From positions 1 to 64,000 of the IMG/VR virus record IMGVR_UViG_3300045973_000529: a stretch of DNA of 64,000 nucleotides; one strand, given 5' to 3'. The first letter of the stretch is position 1; every line of letters begins with the position of its first letter. Positions 45,343 to 54,293 of the stretch are shown here, in pieces. The notes under the pieces are model-generated. The model was not told where the DNA came from and did no database searches. It was given only the letters and a program-made list of their open reading frames with translations. The translations under genes were made by a program, and so were the position numbers. Source of the DNA: a virus.

Positions 45343-45400
45343 GTAACAGTTCCAGAAAACTGTTACGGGCTGTGTACGAACACGGCGGCGGTGTTAAGAT
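45343..45400 (+). promoter_or_regulatory. GTAACAGT-N8-ACTGTTAC palindrome plus GTGTAC-N17-TAAGAT promoter, leaderless
   Basis: ATG 45408 lies 7 nt after the -10 box. Confidence 0.65.
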
Positions 45401-45407
45401 GCCTAGC

Positions 45408-46919
45408 ATGAACACCGCCTTCCTCCCCTCCCCGCAGCAAGCAACCTTCTTCTCGTGGATCACGGATGACACCGGATCCTGCGTGCTGGAAGCAGTTGCT
45501 GGTTCTGGTAAGACCACGACGTTGATTCAAGCGCTGAACCTGATGGTCGGCCAGGTTTTCTTCGGCGCGTACAACAAGAAGATCGCCGAGGAAATCGCCG
45601 CTCGCGCTCCCCAGCGCCAAGGCCTCTTCGTGAGCACGATGCATGCTGCCGGCTTCAAGGCCTGGCGCCGCGCTGCTCCTCGCGTCCAAGTGAACGGCGA
45701 CAAGTGCCGCGACATCTTCCGCTTCGCCTCTGACCAGTACCCCGAATACACGCCGTTCGAAGGCCCGGTGCTCCAGCTCGTCTCGCTGGCCAAGCAAGCT
45801 GCCGTCGGCATCTCCAAGCCGGCCGGTCAGCGTTCCACCTGGACGGACCTGATCGATCACTTCGACATCGAGTGCTTCGACGAAGCCACCAGCACGGACA
45901 ACACCGATCTGATCATCAAGCTCGCTCGCAAGACCCTCGAGCGTTCCATCGAGCGTGACAACGACGTCGTTGATTTCGACGACATGATCTACGCGCCGCT
46001 GGTCCACAACGTCAAGATGTTCCAACACGACTGGGTGCTGATCGACGAAGCCCAAGACACGAACGAATCGCGTCGTCTGCTGGCTCTGCGCATGTTGAAG
46101 AAGGGTGGTCGCCTCGTCGCTGTTGGTGATCGTCACCAAGCGATCTACGGCTTCACCGGTGCTGACAGCGACGCGCTCGATCTGATCGCTCGCGCTGTGA
46201 ACGCCAAGCAACTGCCGCTGACCACCACGTTCCGCTGCCCGAAGGCCGTCGTCTCGTACGCTCAACAGTGGGTCAGCCACATCCAATGCGCCGAAACCGC
46301 TCCGGAAGGCGTCGTCTCGACCGCTCTGCCGGCTGATCTCGCGACCATCGCGCAGCCTGGTGACGCGATCCTCTGCCGCTTCAACGCGCCGCTGATCAAG
46401 TACGTGTACAAGTTCATCGCCGCTGGCATCCCGGCCAAGGTCGAAGGCCGCGAAATCGGCAACGGCCTGAAGACGCTGGCACGTCGCTGGAAGGTGCGCA
46501 AGCTGACGTCGATGCTCGACAAGCTGGAAACGTACCTCGAGCGTGAAGTCGCCAAGTACGTCGCCAAGGAGCAAGCTTCCAAGGCGTCTGCTGTCGAAGA
46601 CAAGGTGAATTGCCTCCGCGTCATCATCGAGCGCGTGCTCAAGATCGATCCGGATTGCACCAACCCGGTCGTTCGCGTCTGCCAAGAAATCGACGCGATC
46701 TTCACGGAAGACGGCTCTGCCAAGGTCGTGCTGTTCAGCTCCATCCACAAGAGCAAGGGTCGTGAATGGCACAAGGTTGTGTGGCTCCAGACCGGTCCTT
46801 CTGGTTGGGCTCGCATGGCTTGGGAACAAGAGCAAGAAGTGAACCTCTGCTACGTCGCCGCTACTCGTGCCAAGCACGAGCTGGTTCTGGTCGACATCAA
46901 GAACGACGACAAGGAATGA
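45408..46919 (+). CDS. UvrD/Rep-like SF1 helicase
   Basis: Start moved to ATG 45408; AVAGSGKTT, IDEAQD, VGDRHQAIYGFTGA, FRCP, SIHKSKGREW, YVAATRAK. Confidence 0.92.
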   Translation: MNTAFLPSPQQATFFSWITDDTGSCVLEAVAGSGKTTTLIQALNLMVGQVFFGAYNKKIAEEIAARAPQRQGLFVSTMHAAGFKAWRRAAPRVQVNGDKCRDIFRFASDQYPEYTPFEGPVLQLVSLAKQAAVGISKPAGQRSTWTDLIDHFDIECFDEATSTDNTDLIIKLARKTLERSIERDNDVVDFDDMIYAPLVHNVKMFQHDWVLIDEAQDTNESRRLLALRMLKKGGRLVAVGDRHQAIYGFTGADSDALDLIARAVNAKQLPLTTTFRCPKAVVSYAQQWVSHIQCAETAPEGVVSTALPADLATIAQPGDAILCRFNAPLIKYVYKFIAAGIPAKVEGREIGNGLKTLARRWKVRKLTSMLDKLETYLEREVAKYVAKEQASKASAVEDKVNCLRVIIERVLKIDPDCTNPVVRVCQEIDAIFTEDGSAKVVLFSSIHKSKGREWHKVVWLQTGPSGWARMAWEQEQEVNLCYVAATRAKHELVLVDIKNDDKE

Positions 46920-47422
46920 TGATCATGGACATGAACGCCGAACAAACGAAGCAACAGTTCGCCTTCTTCGCCGCCTGGCGCAAGATCACCGAGTCACAGC
47001 CCAAGCTGTTCGAGCTCGTGGTCATCAAGTCGTTCGCTGGCACGATGGACTGGGACTGGCTCGAGCCGGCGAGTGACCGCATGTACTTCGCCGAGAACTT
47101 CGGCCCGACCGAGTACTGGATGACCGCTGCCGACTTCCAGCGCCTGGCTCCTACGGGTGTCGCAGAGCACCTCCGGCCGGTCGATGAAGAGTCCAACACC
47201 CGCCGTCTGGAACGTCTCCAGAAGGTCACCGGTGTCGCCGAGACTGTGCTCGAGTACGCTCCCAACGAGTACACGTTCATCGATCTCGACGCGGTGTTGG
47301 AACGGCAGATGACCGCGCCCACGCTGACCGATGAGCCCCTCAACGAGCTCAAGTTCCCGGTGATCGACACTGATCTGCCCGAGGTTCCAGTCCAGTTCGG
47401 CTTCGATCATCCGAACGCCTGA
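46916..47422 (+). CDS. hypothetical protein
   Basis: Start moved to ATG 46916 (AAGGA; ATGA overlap). Confidence 0.7.
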   Translation: MMIMDMNAEQTKQQFAFFAAWRKITESQPKLFELVVIKSFAGTMDWDWLEPASDRMYFAENFGPTEYWMTAADFQRLAPTGVAEHLRPVDEESNTRRLERLQKVTGVAETVLEYAPNEYTFIDLDAVLERQMTAPTLTDEPLNELKFPVIDTDLPEVPVQFGFDHPNA

Positions 47423-47471
47423 ACACTATCTGTCGGCTAATGCCTGTTCTCGCTCGCCGTTGAGGTCTGCC

Positions 47472-47555
47472 ATGTTCACTCATCTTCTCCAAACCCGCAC
47501 CCAGCGCTGTCCGCACGGGGTGTCCCATCTGAACCGCTGCCTGAGGTGCGACTGA
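47472..47555 (+). CDS. 27-aa Cys/His microprotein (not in ORF track)
   Basis: MFTHLLQTRTQRCPHGVSHLNRCLRCD; GAGG RBS; TGATG coupling into 47555. Confidence 0.55.
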   Translation: MFTHLLQTRTQRCPHGVSHLNRCLRCD

Positions 47556-49096
47556 TGCCTGAAATCTCACGCTGGGAGAGAACTCCCAACACGACCATGA
47601 AGGTCTTCTCCAAGCTGTTCGTCGGCGTTCGTGACGGCGGTGCTGCGCATGTTCCGCTTGGGTTCGCAACTCCGTACGAGGAGAACGCCGCGGGTCGCAA
47701 GCGCCAGGAGACCGTGGTGAACTGGCTCGGCGGCACCAGTCGTATCGTAGTCGATCCCAAGACTGGGTTGTACGAGCAAGACGACAAGGGTCGATACGTC
47801 TACGAGGAGTTCGTTCCGGACACGCGCATCATCGACAACGAACCCTGTCCCGGTTTCAAGATCACGGACGATGTGAAACGGGTGTACTGGGGCGGTGGCA
47901 ATGTCGTCTGGCGCGTTGAAGACCCGCGTGGTTACGAGCTCGAGATCCAGTCCCAGAACTTGATGGCGCTGATCCAGTCGTGCGGCATCCTCGAGGGCGG
48001 TGAAATCCCAGGTCGCTGCGTCTGGGGCCGCTCAAGTGGCGACAACATTCTGCTGCACGAGACCAGCGACGAGTACAAAGCTGCCTTCAAGGCCGCCGAG
48101 ACCCTCAAGGCGCCGAAGAAACTCGGCAAGAAGGATCGTCGTGTCGGTGGCCTGTACACCCGAGTCGACGGCTCCCTCGGCATCTATCTCGGCATCGTGC
48201 ACGTCACGGTGATGAACTACCCGGCACAAGATGGTGCACTCGCGCTTGCCCGAAACTGGGATGCTTCAGAGACGGACTGGTTCAAGGCACCTGGTATGCT
48301 TCAGCCGGTCGCGGTGTCCACCTCCAACTACCCGGTGATGTCCAGCGTCGAGTACGAAGCAGTGCTGGACATCACCTCGGTGCTGGATGACAAGGACCGC
48401 CCGACGCCTGGTGTCACGATGAAGCTCTACAAGCAGGCACCGCTGGTCGCTGATGAAGGCGAGACGTACGATCTGGCCATCACCAACGAGTACCTGCGGG
48501 ACCTGCAGTGGACGTTCGCCAGCTCGAACACCTTCTGCGCCCGGATCCTGGCAGTGACGACGTCTCCGATCAAGAATCCGCTGGTGGTCGCCGTGCCCTG
48601 GGCGGCGACGAAGTACGACGCCAAACTGACACAGTTGGAGAGGTACGTCGCCCAGAACTGCACTCGCGAGATCACCTACAAGGACGAAGGCACGTTCCGT
48701 GCTCGTTGGCCAGCGACTCAGATCCTGGGCTATCAACACACTGATGTGCTCATCGTTCCAGAGCTTGGCCCGATGTCCGACATCGAGCACATTGGCGAGG
48801 ATCGTCAGTACATCACCCGTGGCGTGGCAGCGGCGCCTGATTCATTGACGGTGGCGCTGCCATGCATGCTCGGTGCCGGGTACTTCATCCATCGTGGCGC
48901 TGAAGATAGCCGGCACGCCATGCAAGTGCGCTCGTACATGTACTCGCGGTACTCCTACCCAGCCAGCCGCGAAGTCAAGGCGTACGTGCTGCCGAAGTTC
49001 TCAACCGCGGACGAGTTCATCGACTGGTTCAAGGCGCAGTACAATGATGGAAACCTCTCCACGATCTCGGTCGTGGAGGACTCCCGCTCAACCTGA
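47555..49096 (+). CDS. large hypothetical phage protein (513 aa)
   Basis: Start at ATG 47555 via TGATG overlap; no recognisable catalytic motif. Confidence 0.8.
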   Translation: MPEISRWERTPNTTMKVFSKLFVGVRDGGAAHVPLGFATPYEENAAGRKRQETVVNWLGGTSRIVVDPKTGLYEQDDKGRYVYEEFVPDTRIIDNEPCPGFKITDDVKRVYWGGGNVVWRVEDPRGYELEIQSQNLMALIQSCGILEGGEIPGRCVWGRSSGDNILLHETSDEYKAAFKAAETLKAPKKLGKKDRRVGGLYTRVDGSLGIYLGIVHVTVMNYPAQDGALALARNWDASETDWFKAPGMLQPVAVSTSNYPVMSSVEYEAVLDITSVLDDKDRPTPGVTMKLYKQAPLVADEGETYDLAITNEYLRDLQWTFASSNTFCARILAVTTSPIKNPLVVAVPWAATKYDAKLTQLERYVAQNCTREITYKDEGTFRARWPATQILGYQHTDVLIVPELGPMSDIEHIGEDRQYITRGVAAAPDSLTVALPCMLGAGYFIHRGAEDSRHAMQVRSYMYSRYSYPASREVKAYVLPKFSTADEFIDWFKAQYNDGNLSTISVVEDSRST

Positions 49097-49103
49097 GTAT
49101 GCC

Positions 49104-49178
49104 ATGAAACTCGACTCCATCTGGTTCGTGATCCTCATCGTGTCGATCATTGCCCTCTTCTTCATTCCGCACCTGTGA
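49104..49178 (+). CDS. 24-aa single-TM peptide
   Basis: MKLDSIWFVILIVSIIALFFIPHL; fills the gap between genes. Confidence 0.5.
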   Translation: MKLDSIWFVILIVSIIALFFIPHL

Positions 49179-49185
49179 GACCCCC

Positions 49186-49653
49186 ATGCGCTTCTACTCC
49201 TTCGTGAACGCTCTGTACCTCAACCCCATTCAGTACGGCATCCAGACGGCGCACTGCGTCTCCGAGATGGCCGTCGACGTTGCTCGCACTTCGCTGAATG
49301 CGGTCTTCTACGACTGGGCCGAGAACCACAAGACGATCATCATCTGCAATGGCGGCAATGTCGCCATGCTCGAGGACCTGTACACACAGCTCATCGATCC
49401 GACAGATGCATTTGGTCTGCCCCTCGTGAAGTTCTACGAGGACGAGCAGTCGCTGAACGGGGCGCTGACCTCGGTGGCGCTCATCGTGCCGGCGAAGTTC
49501 TACGACGCGAAGTTCGTGCCGGATCCGACGTCACCGCATGAACTGTCCGGGGTGTACCAGTACATCGACCCCGATGGCCGCACGACACGGTACTCGATCG
49601 ACACTCCTGAGTTCCAGTTCATTCAGCTGCTCAAGTCCTTCAGGCTGGCATGA
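49186..49653 (+). CDS. peptidyl-tRNA hydrolase 2 (PTH2)-like protein
   Basis: Start moved to ATG 49186; IQ.AH..SEM, W..NHKTIII, FYEDEQSLNGALTSVALIVP. Confidence 0.7.
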   Translation: MRFYSFVNALYLNPIQYGIQTAHCVSEMAVDVARTSLNAVFYDWAENHKTIIICNGGNVAMLEDLYTQLIDPTDAFGLPLVKFYEDEQSLNGALTSVALIVPAKFYDAKFVPDPTSPHELSGVYQYIDPDGRTTRYSIDTPEFQFIQLLKSFRLA

Positions 49654-49886
49654 CTCCGCAACTGCCACCAAACCCGATGACCATCACGCCACCCGTGAAG
49701 ATGATGCTCACGGCGGACGGTGTGCTCGCGATGTTCCAAGGCCGCAGACTGGATGCCTCGCTCTTCGCCGATGTGAGGGCCGAACTCCAGAACCTGCGGG
49801 ACTGGGACAACTACTTCCGTACTACCGATTCGCTGCGTGAGGGTGCCAAGCGTGCGCTCCATCGCATTCTTGATCAGGAGCCTTGA
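49650..49886 (+). CDS. hypothetical protein
   Basis: ATGA overlap. Confidence 0.65.
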   Translation: MTPQLPPNPMTITPPVKMMLTADGVLAMFQGRRLDASLFADVRAELQNLRDWDNYFRTTDSLREGAKRALHRILDQEP

Positions 49887-50326
49887 TGTACAAGAACCCA
49901 ACCCCAGTCGCAGTGGCCCTCATCCGTGTCGGTGACGCCGACATCAAGCTCATCGCTGGACGCCGAAGCATCGAGCCGTTCATCGGCGGACTCGCGTTTC
50001 CTGGCGGGTACGTGAACGAGGGCGAAAGCGCCGAGGTGGCCGTTGCTCGCGAAGTCTACGAGGAGATCGGCATGGTCACCGAGCCAGGGCACTGGCGGCC
50101 AATGCTGACTCGTGTCACGCCTGACAACAAGCTCCTGATCTTCATGCGACACATCTTCACGCTGACGACTGCCCAGTACGTCGAGAACGTGCGAAGCCTC
50201 TTCATCGTCGCCAACAACTTCACGCCGAACACTGAAGTCTCGGAGCTGGTGCTGGTTGACACCGGCGACACCCTGTGCTTCCCCTTGCACCAGGAACTTC
50301 TCGATCGTAAGCCTCTATGGGAGTGA
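49886..50326 (+). CDS. NUDIX hydrolase
   Basis: YKNPTPVAV; Nudix box GGYVNEGESAEVAVAREVYEEIG. Confidence 0.93.
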   Translation: MYKNPTPVAVALIRVGDADIKLIAGRRSIEPFIGGLAFPGGYVNEGESAEVAVAREVYEEIGMVTEPGHWRPMLTRVTPDNKLLIFMRHIFTLTTAQYVENVRSLFIVANNFTPNTEVSELVLVDTGDTLCFPLHQELLDRKPLWE

Positions 50327-50544
50327 CCTACGACATCACCCAGGCACCACCTGGTGCCACGCACGTACTGCCAGCTGACCCGCTCGGATTTGACCAGCAG
50401 CCGACGTGGATGAAGTGGGGTTACGCCTTCACAGGGCCTGAGTCTGGTCGGGCGTTCTACCGGTGGTACAGCTGGGACCGTGGTGAGTGGCGTCCTGACA
50501 ACAGCTTCCACCCGCGTGAGAACACGGTCATCCACAAGCTCTGA
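50317..50544 (+). CDS. hypothetical Trp-rich protein
   Basis: 75 aa; overlaps the NUDIX end by 10 nt. Confidence 0.6.
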   Translation: MGVTYDITQAPPGATHVLPADPLGFDQQPTWMKWGYAFTGPESGRAFYRWYSWDRGEWRPDNSFHPRENTVIHKL

Positions 50545-50621
50545 ACCGACCTAATCCCGGAACCGGGAGGAGTAACGGCTAGGTTCGGTTACAATCTATG
50601 CATACCCACCAAGGAGCCAGC

Positions 50622-51251
50622 ATGGACAATCACCTCGCCGTTCAATGTATCGATCGCCAGATCGCTGCCATCTCCCGCCTGCACGCCGTGATCAACACGA
50701 ACGAGTACCACTCAATCCTCAGCGCCGTGACTGCGGTTGCGAAGGATGGGTACAAGCGCCGTGTCATGATCGCAGGGGTCGGCAAGAACAGCAACATCGC
50801 CTCCAAGATCAGCGAGACGATGGCCAGTCTCGGCATCCCCTCGTTCTACCTGAACGTCAGCCACTGCGGTCACGGTGACTTCGGTTTCATCGGCCACGAG
50901 GACCTCATCATCCACATCAGCCGCTCGGGCACGACACGCGAAATGGTCGAGGCGATGAGCCACATCAAGAAGATCCGTCCACAGGTCGTGCAGGTCCTGA
51001 TCCACTGCAAGCCGAACAAGCCAGTGAACAACGATGCCGACATCGAGCTCTTCATCGGCGCAGTTGCTGAAGGCGACGAGTTCGAGCTCGCGCCGACCAC
51101 CTCCACAACCGCGTTGCTCTGTACCCTCGACACGATCTCGGTACAGGTCTCGCACGCCATCGGCTTCAAGCGCCTCGACTTCCTGAAGTTCCACCCGGAT
51201 GGCGCACTCGGTGCGATGCTCAAGGCTGAACAAACCAAGGACACTCAATGA
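50622..51251 (+). CDS. SIS-domain sugar-phosphate isomerase (KpsF/GutQ arabinose-5-phosphate isomerase-like, no CBS domains)
   Basis: Start moved to ATG 50622 (AAGGAG); GVGKNSNIASKI..T..SLG.PS, HGDFG.I, ISRSG.T.E, LAPTTSTT, F.KFHP.GALG. Confidence 0.9.
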   Translation: MDNHLAVQCIDRQIAAISRLHAVINTNEYHSILSAVTAVAKDGYKRRVMIAGVGKNSNIASKISETMASLGIPSFYLNVSHCGHGDFGFIGHEDLIIHISRSGTTREMVEAMSHIKKIRPQVVQVLIHCKPNKPVNNDADIELFIGAVAEGDEFELAPTTSTTALLCTLDTISVQVSHAIGFKRLDFLKFHPDGALGAMLKAEQTKDTQ

Positions 51252-51421
51252 ATTGCATCAAGTGTGGGAAGTCGATCTTCGAGATCGGTGCATTCCTTAC
51301 CCGCGTGAATGACAAGGGCGGGAACGGCATCTGGGAATGCAGCCCCTCGTGCGCTGCTGAGCTCACCCAAGAGCAAGCCCTGCTTGCTGCCGTCGAAGGT
51401 CCTGAACAGGAACCGAAATGA
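51248..51421 (+). CDS. small Cys-containing protein (57 aa; not in ORF track)
   Basis: MNCIKCG...WECSPSC; ATGA overlaps at both ends. Confidence 0.65.
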   Translation: MNCIKCGKSIFEIGAFLTRVNDKGGNGIWECSPSCAAELTQEQALLAAVEGPEQEPK

Positions 51422-51603
51422 TCTACGCAACACCAGTGACCGAGCACGGCGAGCGGTCAGTGCATCTCATCTGCACGAACGAGGAAATCGGCATCATCTC
51501 AAATGAGCTCGGTGAGCACGCATTCTATGCGCATGACACAGTGCCGCTTACACTCGACCTGCTCGAAGCTGTTGCCAACTTTCTGAGGACACTCAACGTA
51601 TGA
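51418..51603 (+). CDS. hypothetical protein
   Basis: ATGA overlaps at both ends. Confidence 0.65.
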   Translation: MIYATPVTEHGERSVHLICTNEEIGIISNELGEHAFYAHDTVPLTLDLLEAVANFLRTLNV

Positions 51604-53264
51604 ACCTCGTCATTGTCGCTGGGGGCCTTGGCTCCCGCCTAGCCCCGCTCACAAACTTCATCCCTAAGTTCCTCGTGAACATTGGGAAGGAGACCGGGTT
51701 CGTGAAGATGTTGGAATACTGGCGTGAGTACCAGCCCGAGTCGATCACTGTGATCGTCCACAGCCGGTACAAGGGCTTGGTGCAAGCGTACTTCGATCTG
51801 TATTTCAAGAACGATCCACTGATGAAGACATGGTCGGATGACGGTGAAGAAATCCGTACTCCGTTCATCATCAAGACGGTCGACGAAGCGAACGGCTCGG
51901 CGCACGCGATCATGACGACTTGCGGTGATCATCTGAACAAGCAGCCAGTCCTGTTCACTTGGTGTGATGTGATTCCAGGCGAGTCCTTCGACATCGAGGA
52001 ACTGAACCACGGCGGCGCCTTCGCGTTCACGAACTATGACTACCCGAACAGGTACGACCTGGTTCAACCAATGGTGGCGCCGGATGCGCCAAAGCTCGGC
52101 TGGGCTGACCGTGTGCCAGCCATTCGGTCAGATGGTCGTGGTGGTCTGTTCGGCGTGTACTACGTCAGCACCTTCGAGAAGAAGCCCTTCACCGATGGTC
52201 AGGACTTCGTCGAGCTGCTTGGGCGGTACTCGCACCGTGGCTTCGTGTACGAGGTCAAGATGCCGAGCATTGTCGACTTCGGCGACATGCCAAAGCTCGA
52301 GCGTGTTCGCTCAACAGCCGATGCAGCTCGGTCCTTCAACTCGGTCAAGATGCACGGTGACCTCGTGCTCAAGAGCGCGCTGACAGCACAGGGCGAAGGT
52401 CTCATCAAGCGTGAAGTCGCTTGGTACAGCGAGCTCGATGCGATGCAATCGACTGTCCGTCGGCCGAAGCACTGGGCGAGCTCTGATGGCACGTCGTTTG
52501 TGATGTCGAAGGTCAAGGGCGTACCAGTCTGGGAACAGTGGTCGAAACTCGACGATGACGGTCGTGCAATGGTGCTGTCACGCATCTTCGAGCAGCTCGA
52601 TACGCTGCACTGCCACAAACGCGAGGTCGGTACAGTCCAAGTCCAGACCGACATTCGTGTCGAGGCGTACGACAAGCTCATTGCCAGGTACGACGAGATC
52701 AAGCCGATGATCGATGCCTTCGGCCCAGTGCAGTGGGTGAACTGCCACAAGCTCGAGTGCCTCGATCCGAAGGTCACGATCAAGCGCTTGTACGGGGAGT
52801 TGGCAAAGCAGTACAGCACGTCACTGCACAGTTTGATCCACGGTGACCTGCAGATGTCGAACACGATGATCGATCCTGACACCCTTGAGGTGACGCTGAT
52901 CGATCCACGTGGGTACTTCGGCAAGAGCACCACCTATGGTTGCGCTGATTACGACATCGCGAAGCTGTTGTACTCGCTCAGCGGCTACGATCTGTTCAAC
53001 TACTCGAAGGACTTCCATCTGATCCACAATGGGCTGGGCAGCGTTGGCGACGGGAGTCAACAGTGGTTCATCCAGTTCGACATCCCAACACCCAACACGG
53101 GCGGATGTCAGCCGATCTTCGAGCAGCGCTTCACGCGTGTTCACCAGCTCTGGTTGGCCGTGATCTGGATCGGGCTGGCGCAGTACATCAAGAACGACCC
53201 AGTGAAGTCGGTTGCGGCGCACTACCACGGTTTGGCCATGGCCGAAAGGATCCTTGCATCATGA
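51600..53264 (+). CDS. NTP-sugar pyrophosphorylase fused to an APH/choline-kinase-like domain
   Basis: N-terminal VAGGLGSRL.PLT..IPK.L; C-terminal IHGDLQMSN...LIDPRGYFG...YD.AKL. Confidence 0.88.
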   Translation: MNLVIVAGGLGSRLAPLTNFIPKFLVNIGKETGFVKMLEYWREYQPESITVIVHSRYKGLVQAYFDLYFKNDPLMKTWSDDGEEIRTPFIIKTVDEANGSAHAIMTTCGDHLNKQPVLFTWCDVIPGESFDIEELNHGGAFAFTNYDYPNRYDLVQPMVAPDAPKLGWADRVPAIRSDGRGGLFGVYYVSTFEKKPFTDGQDFVELLGRYSHRGFVYEVKMPSIVDFGDMPKLERVRSTADAARSFNSVKMHGDLVLKSALTAQGEGLIKREVAWYSELDAMQSTVRRPKHWASSDGTSFVMSKVKGVPVWEQWSKLDDDGRAMVLSRIFEQLDTLHCHKREVGTVQVQTDIRVEAYDKLIARYDEIKPMIDAFGPVQWVNCHKLECLDPKVTIKRLYGELAKQYSTSLHSLIHGDLQMSNTMIDPDTLEVTLIDPRGYFGKSTTYGCADYDIAKLLYSLSGYDLFNYSKDFHLIHNGLGSVGDGSQQWFIQFDIPTPNTGGCQPIFEQRFTRVHQLWLAVIWIGLAQYIKNDPVKSVAAHYHGLAMAERILAS

Positions 53265-53509
53265 AACCACGTTTCCAGTTCATCGCCGACAGCGCTGCAC
53301 CAATGGTGGTGTCTGGCACCGCCACTTGGACGTACACCGTTCAGGTGCGCGGAGAGGATGTCGAGCAGCAGCTTTCAGTGCACCTTGAGAGCTTCACAGA
53401 TGCGCACCAGTTGGACGCGCTGTTGGAGCACACATTCAAGCTCGGCATTCGCGAAGGCGACTGGCGCGTCATCCGCGCCGTCGAGAACGCTATGCAGGAG
53501 TATCAGTAG
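53261..53509 (+). CDS. hypothetical protein
   Basis: Start moved to ATG 53261. Confidence 0.65.
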   Translation: MKPRFQFIADSAAPMVVSGTATWTYTVQVRGEDVEQQLSVHLESFTDAHQLDALLEHTFKLGIREGDWRVIRAVENAMQEYQ

Positions 53510-54293
53510 CCTTCTTGATGGTGATGTCACCGAGCTCCAGAAAGTACCGGTTGATCTCCATGTCGTCATCATCAATTAGTGGATCGAGGATCACGACTTG
53601 ATTGCCACGCTGTGCAAGGTTTCGTGATCCAGGGTCGAATCGCATGTTCCCGGATAGCACCTTCTTGTTCACGTCGCCCAGTGCTGTACAGAATCCAAGG
53701 AGCTCTGGATTAAGGTGCCTGGCGTACTGAATGTATGGGGCGTCATGCCCCTTCACATCGGTCATGATCCAGATCAGCGTCTTCGCGTCTTTGCGAGGAT
53801 CACCAGTGAACTCCTGTCCCGTTTCCATCAGCGTGTTCACGGTCACATAGTTCGCCAGATCGTCTTCCTCTTCGATGACCTTAGCGATCTTTGGATCGGT
53901 GAAGAGTTTGAAGGTTCCCGTCTTGCATGGTGACAGCAACTCCATCTTCACGTAGTACACCTTGCTTGAGTCAATCGGGTCGCCATCTTCACGGTCAAAA
54001 ATCCCGAGGTCCTTGAAGAATCTAGGCAGCCGACGAATCTTCGACTTCAACTTCGGAAGATACGGGTTGTCCTGGTTCTCGAGGCAGTACTTGATGAAAG
54101 ACTCATACGCTGAGTCGTACATCCAGAACTTGAAAACCGTCGTGCCATTCGTTAGAGCAACGCCATTTGTACCGCGCCCAAGTGGCCTGAGTTTTGTACG
54201 CCCCGCGTTGAACTCAGCCTGTAGCCATTCAACGGCGCTGACTGGCGTTTTGTCCTGCAGGTGCTTGATTCCGGTCAGTTCATCAACTCTCAT
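53490..54293 (-). CDS. protein-kinase-like protein (T7 gp0.7-like, divergent catalytic loop)
   Basis: LGRGTNG, VFKFW, NPYLPK, VKMELL, FDPGSRN, ILDPL. Confidence 0.72.
   Translation of the reverse strand: MRVDELTGIKHLQDKTPVSAVEWLQAEFNAGRTKLRPLGRGTNGVALTNGTTVFKFWMYDSAYESFIKYCLENQDNPYLPKLKSKIRRLPRFFKDLGIFDREDGDPIDSSKVYYVKMELLSPCKTGTFKLFTDPKIAKVIEEEDDLANYVTVNTLMETGQEFTGDPRKDAKTLIWIMTDVKGHDAPYIQYARHLNPELLGFCTALGDVNKKVLSGNMRFDPGSRNLAQRGNQVVILDPLIDDDDMEINRYFLELGDITIKKATDTPA

Noticed and set aside
45363-46877. 504-aa minus-strand ORF opposite the UvrD-like helicase (likewise 58968..60380, 37265..38392, 42591..43625)
   Set aside because: Exactly in antisense register with strongly biased genes; expected when few codons read as stops on the opposite strand
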